Shown: positions 26,647-36,509 of the stretch, one piece after another
Numbering within the stretch: the first letter of the stretch is position 1
Layout: every line of letters begins with the position of its first letter
NCBI GenBank assembly: GCA_977017645.1
Contig: OZ360224.1
Coordinates: 13,826,001-13,890,000, forward strand
Origin: Torpedo marmorata
Lineage: Eukaryota
Direction: 5' to 3'
DNA length: 64,000 nucleotides
The notes under the pieces: generated by a model
What the model was told of the DNA's origin: nothing
What the model saw: the letters and a program-made list of their open reading frames with translations, nothing else
Database searches by the model: none
Translations under genes and position numbers: made by a program

Positions 26647-27794
26647 CACACAATACTACAGCTTCCAACCCTTTGTCAGTGCACACTTTACCAACGACTC
26701 TTCAGTGTTGCCCATGGTTCCCAACCTGGAGTGGAGCTCGGGTTTGTCCCAGGGCAAGAAGAAAAGAGGCAGATGGTCCACATGTGATGGGCTTTATAGT
26801 GCCATCAGCTGGATTGTCCGGCCCATATATCGATGAGGTAATTAAAGGGGCCAGTGACCAGGTGTGCGTTAACATGTGGGCGTGGTTTGACCTTGATTGG
26901 CAAGTGAGGTGACTTCCGACTAGGTTCCAGCTGGAGAGGTCTCATGACACTCCACAATCCACATTTTGACCAGGTTCTAGACGGAGAGGTCGCATGACCC
27001 TTCACAATCCACACTACATTCCGCCCCTCGGAAGTCGCGACACTTGCCAATCATTACATACATCAATACAGCCCAGGTGCTTTTCTAATGAACTGACAAA
27101 CACAACAGATAAGACAAAACCCCACAACCACGAAGTAGTGATCCAGTGAATAGCTATGACTTCCCTTCAATATTTTCTAGAGAAAAATAGAGAAAACTGG
27201 AGGTAAAAATGTCTGCAAATTACAAAATTGAAAAATGTCTGCTTTTGATCCTCATGACATATCGCAAAAAATTAACAACAGAAATCATGAGTGCTGCTTC
27301 CAATATGCAAGTTCTGTGAATCTATTCATTAATTCACAATAATTGTTCAGAACATAAACTATGGTATTTTAGAAGAAACACTATCAGGTAGTCTGCCAGG
27401 ATCTGTCATGTTTGGATGAGGATTGTGATGGCGTTGTGATTTCTATAAACTTCAAATATTAATATGCAAAATGCAAAATCTTTTATCAAGGCCATTTTGG
27501 TAACATATTCTGCAATCCAAACAACTACAACAGAAAGAAATTGGTCCAAGTTCCATATGTTCACTATTCACCAAGACAATTTGACTGGATATATCAAAAG
27601 CGGGCAATATTTGTGTTTCAGTCTGGATATTTTAAATCCATTATCATCAACTTTTTCTGCTCACTAAAGAATAAGTCTGATCCATTCCTCCCTCTCACTT
27701 ACCAGCACTCATCTCTCTCATCCTGCCACTTCTTTCTCTGTAGATGGATGGCCTTTATTTCAATGTAATTGAATATGTTTAATTGCTCGAGATG

Positions 27795-28210
27795 GTGAAT
27801 CTCCTCTGCATCCCTTACAATTTATTGATATCCTTTATTATTGCTGGGTCAGAACTGCAATGCCTTGTATGGCTATACCATCATATACCTTTGCACTCCA
27901 TAATGCACCAAATGAAGGCACAAATGTCGAATGCCTTCTTTGCCACCCTGCCCTGCTGAGTCTCTACTTTCAAGGAACTATACACCTGTACCCCAAGGTC
28001 TCTCTATTCTACAACACTTTTGCAGAGCTCTGCCTTTTACTGTGCTTACCCTGGTTTGACTTACAAAGGTCTAGCACCTTACTCAGAGTTAAGTTCCAAT
28101 TGCCATTCCTTGGCCCTCTTCCCAATTAACCTAGATCCTATGGTAAACATAGATATCCCTCCTCACTGTCCATCACACCACCAATTTTGATGTCATCTGC
28201 CAATTTTCTC
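27795..28210 (-). mobile_element. Old CR1 RT fragment
   Basis: Degenerate homologue of 3770-4050 and 1210-1370 (reverse complement of FADDIKIGGV). Confidence 0.65.
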
Positions 28211-28231
28211 ATCATTTTGCTGGTGACAGCA

Positions 28232-28485
28232 TGATATACCTATCAATGACTCACCAGAGGCAGGATGTACTGGGAGATCGAAGGCTTTTATTAACAGTAA
28301 AACCGAGCCAGGGCCAAGCAACAATTGACCTGCTGAGACCTGCTGGACTGTCCCGGAACTGGGGGCGAGGGCAGTGGCTCAAGGCCTTTATTCAAGGGGG
28401 AAGGGGAAGGAGCCACCGGGGCAGAGCGCAGGGCATGCTCAGACTTGTCCTCAGCCCATAGAATATACAATAGTGGTTTACCACA
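28232..28485 (-). mobile_element. Short solo LTR (254 bp), same family as 19702-19934
   Basis: TG...CA termini; 5-bp TSD CAGCA. Confidence 0.88.
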
Positions 28486-29679
28486 CAGCACTAATTCAAT
28501 GGGGAGAAATGTGGAAGGAAAGTCAAGGAATGGGCAGATGCATTTACTGATAGTCTCCCCAGGGGATGGAAGGAAGAAGTAATAGAGTCAGTGTTTTGAA
28601 ATGCATGTAGCTAAAAGTTTGTTTCTTGTTGGTAGCCCCAACACCTTCGATCCTTTCTCCAAAATTCAGCTACGAAACAGATTTAGGAAAGATGATGGAA
28701 AGTTTTTAATATCACCAGCAATATTTTAAATAAATGTGAACTGGGAATTGCTAACTGAAAAAGGCAAAGACTTTCTAAACTTCCTGTAAGCTGGGTGGCT
28801 GCTGAAGGAAAAAATAAGGAAAATTTCAAACTGTAAAATTCACTGTGACCTCCATATTCATAGCCTTAATGCTCAGCAGTTATATTCACCCAATCACCAC
28901 CTTCCCTGTAAACATCTGTAACTGCACCTTTGATCAGTCACGTCTGATTTTATGAACTGGTATTATAATCTATTTGTCTACTAACTACCACAGCTTTCAG
29001 TCTTTCAGTGTACCTGGATCTTTTAACAGAAAAAAACTGTCTTCACATTACCATGTGACTTCAAAACATTATGTACTTTTTGGAAACTCGAACTACACAA
29101 ATCTGTTGGGTTTTATAAGCTTAAAGATTTTGCTTTGGCTGAGCTCACTTTATTCATGAATTATGTTAATTTAGATGAAGCAGTTGATGTCCTTTGAAGT
29201 GTGCAATATAGGCTCAAATTGACCATTATACTAATTGGAAGCTTAGAACAAAAGACTTGTCTCTATTGACCCTTGGTAAAACACTGCAGGGAATTTGCAC
29301 AATCTGCAGGAAATACATAACTTGTGACTGGCTTCCACTGCTTTGGAGTACTTTAGGTTTGGTAAATGATGGTCCACTGAAAACACAATTAAGCTGACCA
29401 GGGAGCCCATTCTGCAAAGGAATACAATTCAACTTAATTGTAGAAATGTGGGACCAGGCACATGTTATTCACTGGAATCTCTGTTGCTCGTTCTGCTTTG
29501 TTTTCCAATTGGCAATGTAAGAGCCGTAGGCTTGGTTACTTACCTTAATCGCGGCGCTCCGATGGTCTCAGCTGGTTTCGGAGGACTCACGGAGATTAGT
29601 AGGCCATGGTAGGCCTATTGAGTACTCTGCGCATGCGCGAGAGTGCCGACGGGTGCATGCGCAGTGGGGAAGTGACGGC

Positions 29680-29955
29680 AGTATGCACGTTAGGTATGCG
29701 CGGTGGAGTATGCGCGGTGGAGTATGCGCGGGGGAGTATGCGCGGGGGAGTATGCGTGGTGGAGTATGCGCGGGGGAGTATGCGCGGGGGAGTATGCGCG
29801 GTGGAGTATGCGCGGGGGAGTATGCGCGGTGAAGTATGCGCGGGGGAGTATGCGCGGTGGAGTATGCGCGGTGGAGTATGCGCGGTGAAGTATGCGTGGT
29901 GGAGTATGCGCGGTGGAGTATGCGTGGGGGAGTATGCTCGGTGGGAGCATGCGCG
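29680..29955 (+). repeat. 14-bp minisatellite GGAGTATGCGCGG(T/G), about 20 units, in the 5' LTR
   Basis: GTATGC recurs every 14 bp from 29694 to 29932. Confidence 0.95.
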
Positions 29956-30762
29956 AATCGGGGTAGAGGAGGTAGTATAAAATATGGCGACCAAGGAGGG
30001 TGAGTGAGATCGTCATATCTTTCATTGACCATTTAAAGGACCTTTAAAGTAACGTTTAAAGCCACATTTAAGGGATCGTTTAAAGGACGTTTAAATGACG
30101 TTTTGAAGAATCGTTATTAAGCATCGTTATCAAGAATTGTTTATATTTCGTTAAAGAAGATATTTAAGTTATTGAAGATTGCTACAAATCATCATGTGTT
30201 AATAAACATTTTGAACATATTGGACTTTGTTAGTAAATTAATTGAAACGTGTCAAGAACAAGTATCTCACCTACCTCCATTTGTTGGATTGAAGTCACTA
30301 TATATGTTAGTCAATGAAAGATTATTGTTTGGAACAGAAAATTGAAGGAAAGAAGATAAAATGATCTCTCTTTGCTTTGGACTGATTTTTTTTTTTAAAT
30401 GGTGGCCATCTTGGAGATGCCTCGAGTTAGGGGCAGTTTGTAATCCACATCCATCTGCCATGAATAACAGCCAGAGAGGGATTTAGAGCTTCAAATCTTA
30501 TAGTAAAGTTTCCTATAAATACGTTGGAAAGACCATTTCTTGAAAATCAGCGATATTATTGACGGATGTTGTGGTGGAAACTCATTTGTGAATAGGAGCA
30601 CATTACAGTCATCTGAAGTGGTAGGCATAAGTCTGTGGACTCCTTTTGTCTACCTTTGGCAAGTTAGAACACAGATTGGATTTGCTGTCGCTAGTCAATT
30701 GGGGACTGTTGATTTGGCTAGTGTTGTGTATGCTTGAAGGACAGTGGAACAAGACGAGTAAA

Positions 30763-33301
30763 ATGGCCACTGCAGCCGCTGATGCAGCAGCAGCTGATGC
30801 AGCAACTGCTGATGTTGCTGTTGAGGAACAACGTATTGAAGACATGAAGGTTGTGGAGCTCAAAGTAAAATTGAAGCGACTGAAACTAGATATGAATAAA
30901 TAAAAAGGTTCTCATTGCAAGACTGAAGCTGGCAAAGGAAGAAGAGGCGGCTTCGTTTGATGAACATGAAGACAGCAACGTGGAAATGGCTGAAAATGTG
31001 TCATCAAATGGTGATGAAGAAAATGAAAAGGATGAAGAAAATAAAGAGGATGAAGATGCAAAGGATGTACAATTCAAATTGGTGAAGGAGGTAAGTAAGA
31101 AGACAACATCTGACCTGCAGGACGAAATACAAGCAGGTGACAGTGTCTCAAATATTGAAAGCAGGAGAAGCAAACAAAGTTCTGGTTCAAGCTCCAGAGT
31201 TTCTCGTACTTCAAGTTCTGCATCGTCATGTACAAAGGTTGAAGTTGACTTGGTCACTCTTCTTGCGCAACCAAAAACGCTTAAGGATAAACATATTTTA
31301 GAAGGACAGGAGGAGCAGATAAGGCAAGAGGAGGAGAAGCTAAGGCAGCAGCTAAGGCAGAAACAGGAGCAACTAAGGCAGAGAAAGGAGCAGCAGGAGC
31401 TGGAAGCAAACATTATTATTGCCAGGGCCAGAAAAGAGGTACTAGAAGGCTCAATGGTATCTGGTGTTCGAAGTAAATTATCTAAAGTGTCTGATAATAA
31501 AAGGTCATATTTTAAAAAAGAGTCACAGGAAAAGAAACCAACCAAAAGGGTAGATATTTTAGCACCAGGGGTACAAGACTTGCAAAAACAAGGACAAATC
31601 CTTCAAGAGCATAGTGGTATCGAGTCACATGTACCAGTGGTAACATCTGAAGACAAGGCTGCGGCTTGGGTTCGGTCAAACGATGCAGCTCCCTTGGCAT
31701 TTGAGTCAAGCATCAAAAATATAGGAGAAACTACCCCAGTGAGGTTTCCAGATATATTACCTGTAACAAGAGGCGGTGAACAGAGCAATGTATTGTCATC
31801 CAAGGGAAGACAAAATGAAATTGTTGCATCATTGATTCAGTTACAGTCTCTCTCTTCTTTGCCCAAGAAAGAGATACAAACTTTTGATGGTGATCCACTT
31901 CAGTACCAAGCGTTCATGAGATCTTTCAAACGCAATATTGAAAATAAATGCCAAGACCCTGATGAATGTCTTTATTATTTGGAAATGTTCACAAAGGGAC
32001 ATCCAAGAGAACTTGTAAAGAGTTGTCAACATATGTCCTCAGACAGAGGATTAGACAGAGCTAAGTCTTTACTAGAACAACATTTTGGCAACAAGCATCG
32101 AATTGCTTTAGCTTATATGGATAAAGCTCTTAAATGGACATCAATAAAACAGAATGATGTAAAGGCTCTACAAGCATATACTCTATTTTTAAGAGGATGT
32201 TGTAATGCCATGGAAGATATCGATAATATTTGTGAGCTTGAAGTGCCTGGTAATATGGGAATCATCTTAGAAAAATTACCTGACAAGTTGTGGGATAGAT
32301 GGAGAAATTTGTCTTGTGATTTACAAGAAAATTACGGTCAAAGAGCTACCTTAAAGGATTTGGTAAATTTTCTTGAACAACAAGTGTACATTGAAACAGA
32401 TCCAATATATGGAAATACCAGAGACATTTCAATGTGGAGCAAAGATATAAGGAGGTCTAACTCACAGCCTAGTCCAAAATTGAAAAGGAGTACTTTTGCT
32501 ACTAATGTGTCAGTTATAAGTAAAGAAAACGATAAAGTAAATAAGGAAAAGGAAAATTTGATTAATGAGAAGAGTTGTTTGTTTTGTAAAGGTGGACATG
32601 CTTTGGAAATGTGTTTACAGTTGGAAAAAAATCAACATAACGAGAAGATCGCTTTCTTAAAGGAAAATGGAGTATGTTTTAGCTGTCTATGTAAAGGACA
32701 CATCAGTAAAAACTGTAAGAAGCGACTTAACTCTAACATATGCAATTTGAACCATCCTAGAATGTTGCATATCCATCAAAGAAAGAAGGAATTGGAAAAG
32801 GAGCAAACAGAAACAAAGGAAACAACAGAAAACAATGTTATAACCTCGGTTCAGACAAATGGTCTGACCGGGGCCGGTATAGATAACTGCAAACTTTCAA
32901 TAGTGCCTGTACAAGTCAAGACCAAGAAAGGGGATGCAACAGTACATACATGTGCAGTTCTTGACCCAGGCAGCACTGCATCTTTTTGCACAGAAGGACT
33001 AATGAACAAACTTAATATTCAAGGAAGAAGGTCAAGAATTATGTTGAAAACGGGACAAGAAAAGGTCGTTGAAACCAGCATTGTTTCAGGCTCAGAGGTT
33101 GCTGGATTGGATGACAAAAAATGTTGTGATCTTCCAAGTTTATATACTCAGAAGACTATGCCTGTGCACGAAGGAAACATTCTGCATCAAAATGATTTCC
33201 ATCATTTGTCTTATCTGTGGAAGGTTTATCTACCTGAAGTTAACTCTGAGATAGAAATGCTGATTGGTTCAGATGTGCCAAAGGTTTTGGAACCACTATA
33301 A
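30763..33301 (+). pseudogene. BEL Gag-protease: N-terminal SAP-like motif (frameshift at about 30900), DUF1759-like capsid, Zn knuckles, aspartic protease
   Basis: 773-aa ORF with FDGDPLQY..F, CLFCKGGHALEMC, CFSCLCKGHISKNC, C..HPRMLH, AVLDPGSTASF, MLIGSD; degenerate BEL continuation to about 33440. Confidence 0.88.
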
Positions 33302-33784
33302 GTAATACGGCATAGAGGGAATGGACTTTACGCTGTTAGAACCAAGCATGGTTAGACAATTTATGGACCATTGGAAAGAAATAATGATATTGCTCAGGAA
33401 CAGTTAACGATAAATATTAACAGGATTTCGGTTGTGAAAGTTGATGAGTTAAGGGAAGGGCAAAAGACTGTGAATAAAAAAAGTCACTTTTGAAGAAAAG
33501 AAAATAGATCAATATGAAAATAAATCAAAGGTATTTAAAACAACATTGAAGGAATTAAGTTCATCAGAAATGAATGAAAATGAAGTATTAGAAGATGTTG
33601 CAAATAATACTAGTGATTATTCATGTGTAATTGAATCAGATACAGGAATAAAACAAGTGACTGAAAAATCTGAAAGTAGATTTTGTAATTCAGAGGTTAC
33701 AGCAGACAAAGTCAAAGAAGAAATGTTGCAATGTGATGTAAACTGGAGAACACAGAAAATTGTGCTGATGGAATATAGAAGAAT

Positions 33785-34567
33785 GTGAATGATAATTTAA
33801 TGCAATTGAATTCAGAGAACAAAATGTTGAAAGGGGAAATGGAAATATTAGATAATCATGAAAACAGTAAACAGAAAGATTTAATTGTAAATAAAATTCG
33901 CAAAGTCAGAAAGCGGAAGAAAAGAATAACTGCTGAAGAAATAAATACATTTATTGAGGAAAGAGATTCAGCATTATCAAAATGTAAAAGGTTGGAGGAA
34001 GAGATTAATATATTGAAAGAGAACAAGTTATTGGTTAATAACACAAAACAATTGATTATAGAAAACAATCAAGAATGTAAATTGAATGTTCAGCTACTAA
34101 CAATGCAGAAAGAAAGTGATATTGCATTGCAGCAATGTAACAAGCAAGATGAAGAAATTCAAAAATTTCAAGTTTACCACAGCAGAGTTGACAATAGAAA
34201 TATCAATGTATCACATGATATTTTAACTTCAGATCAAGTTATTAATTTCTTGAAAGGAACTAAGACTGAATTGAAAGTTGCAAATTTGGATTTGGAATTG
34301 CAGGAAAAGGTAATAGAAACCAGAGTGGTTAAAGAGACTCGTTTATTAAAATCGAGAGGATCAGATAAATATTCAAATTCTAGTTCTAAGAGTTTAAATT
34401 CTTCACATGAGAAGTGGAATACTGAAGAAAGGAATAAAGTGAAACGACATGATGAAGAGGTCCCTCGTGTTAAATTAAAAAAAATACTATCTATTTTGTC
34501 TGAGGAAGATTTGAGGTTTACTGGTCGACGTTTTAACTCAAAGATTCTGGAGATAAAAGAACTTTGA
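33785..34567 (+). CDS. Coiled-coil ORF inside the BEL element, containing a MIPOL1-like segment (33878-34183)
   Basis: RITAEEINTFIEERDSALSKCKRLEEE..ENNQE..LQQCNKQDEEIQKFQVYHS matches recalled vertebrate MIPOL1 RITAEEMSALIEERDAALSKCKRLEQE..ENNQE..VQQYKKLEEEIQTLRVYYS. Translation is not demonstrated. Confidence 0.7.
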   Translation: MNDNLMQLNSENKMLKGEMEILDNHENSKQKDLIVNKIRKVRKRKKRITAEEINTFIEERDSALSKCKRLEEEINILKENKLLVNNTKQLIIENNQECKLNVQLLTMQKESDIALQQCNKQDEEIQKFQVYHSRVDNRNINVSHDILTSDQVINFLKGTKTELKVANLDLELQEKVIETRVVKETRLLKSRGSDKYSNSSSKSLNSSHEKWNTEERNKVKRHDEEVPRVKLKKILSILSEEDLRFTGRRFNSKILEIKEL

Positions 34568-34940
34568 TAAGTACAAACTGACTGTATTTTGTTGTTGTTG
34601 TATACTACACAGGTTACAGACTTTTATTGATCCAGAGTTATGGTAAACTCTGGTCTTGTGAAGAAAGAAGAAAGAAGATTTGTATATTGTTTGAATGTTA
34701 TATGGTTATTGTTATTTGTAATTGATTGTATAATTATTATTTAAGACATTGCGTCTAATTATAATAATTAGGGGCCGGTGTAAGAGCCATAGGCTTGATG
34801 TATTACCTTAATCACGGCGTTCCGATGGTCTCAGCGGGTTTCAGAGGACTCACGGAGATTAGTAGGCCATGCTAGGCCTATTGAGTACTCTGCGCATGCG
34901 GATGAGTGCTGACGGGCGCATGCGCAGTGGGGAAGTGACG

Positions 34941-35051
34941 GGAGTATGCGCGGTGGAGTATGCGCGGTGGAGTATGCGCGGTGGAGTATGCGCGGTGGAG
35001 TATGCGCGGTAGAGTATGCGCGGTGAAGTATGCTTGGTGGGAGCATGCGCG
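34941..35051 (+). repeat. Same 14-bp minisatellite, about 8 units, in the 3' LTR
   Basis: GTATGC at 14-bp spacing from 34944 to 35028. Confidence 0.95.
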
Positions 35052-36509
35052 AATCGGGGTAGAGGAGGTAGTATAAAATATAGTGACCAAGGAGGGTGAG
35101 TGAGATCGTCATATCTTTCATTGACCGTTTAAAGGACCTTTAAAATAACGTTTAAAGCCATATTTAAGGGATCGTTTAAAGGACGTTTAAATGAGTGTTA
35201 AAGGAATCGTTTAAAGGAAGTTTAAGTGACGTTTTGAAGAATCGTTATTAAGCATCGTTATCAAGAATTGTTTATATTTCGTTAAAGAAGATATTTAAGT
35301 TATTGAAGATTGCTACAAGTCATCATGTGTTAATAAACATTTTGAACATATTGGACTGTTAGTAAATTCATTGAAACGCATCAAAAACAAATACCTCACC
35401 TAGCCTCCAAGTTACTATTTGTTGGATTGAAGTCACTATAGGCAAAATTGCTAAACAATTTAACAAGAAAGTTGTACTGTTTTATAATGGTGATTCTAGA
35501 TGTGTTTGTCTTTAAAACACCTAACTACTGTCATGATTTCAGATAATCTGATGTTTTTGGCTAATTATGTATTTTTGAAATGTACTTACTGTTACTGGGC
35601 AGTAAATCCAGCAGTCAACTTGTGCACAACTAATCAAGGACAAGAACATATGTTTTAAGTTTTGGATGGGGTTAAATAGTGAGCAAAACCATGTTTAAGT
35701 TAATCCAGAAACAGATGGAACTTCAGGTTAATATCTCAAAAAAAGAGAACACCTCTTCAATCATAACACTTCCTCAGTGGTGCACAGGATAATCAATCAA
35801 GGTTATATGCAGAAATGGCTGGAATTGAGTCTTGAATCCGCAGCCTTGGACCTCAGAAAATATTGTCATAAAGCCAAAAGTTAAATTCATAGCTAATTTT
35901 GTTACACTGCAGAATGCAAAATAATCATTCAGATGCGTGTGAAATGTTCTTATTATGTGTGTCATGATAGTGGAAGCAGAACTAAAATCCTAAAATTGGA
36001 CTAAGATCTAAATCTGTTTTAATGAGCACCAGTGTTGTGCATTCTGCATGAAGCCTAATGCCAAGAACAATATAATTCCAGACATAACCCCATGACCAAT
36101 CTATTTCATGGTCAGAACACATTTGTCACTTATCATTAACAAAGTTGCACCAAGAAATGAAAAAGCTGAACCTAAAGATCTTCCAAAGAATTGAAATGTG
36201 CAACACATTCTTCATTTCAGATTTTAGATTTTCAATTAATAAAGAACTAAAATGCATATTCATGTGTTTAATTACTAAATCTTCGATTTAGTTACCGATC
36301 AATTGAATTTCATTCTCTGCAATACCTTTGATAGCCTTGTCATGATTATTCACTTTCATACTAATTGCTGGTTTTCCTTTCAGCTCCACTCCATTAAATC
36401 CATGAGATTTTGGTTGGGACATCACTACCAGAAAACTAGTGTAATCACCCTTTGCAACATTTGACTGGGCCATGTTAAGCATTAATCAGGTCCCGCTCTC
36501 CACCGTTAA

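Larger units (their letters stand above)
29516..35440 (+). mobile_element. BEL/Pao LTR retrotransposon, non-autonomous (Gag-PR, no RT/RH/IN)
   Basis: LTRs at 29516-30302 and 34779-35440; 5-bp TSD GGCAA; PPT-like AGGGGCCGG before the 3' LTR; BEL-type Gag and protease. Confidence 0.92.

Noticed and set aside
29568-30032. Repetitive ORFs (HTPPRILHRAY)n on both strands; CRISPR-like appearance
   Set aside because: These are translations of a 14-bp LTR minisatellite with no unique spacers, in a eukaryotic context.
30886-31545. 219-aa Ser/Cys/Leu-rich minus-strand ORF
   Set aside because: Antisense shadow of the Glu/Gln/Lys-rich Gag region.
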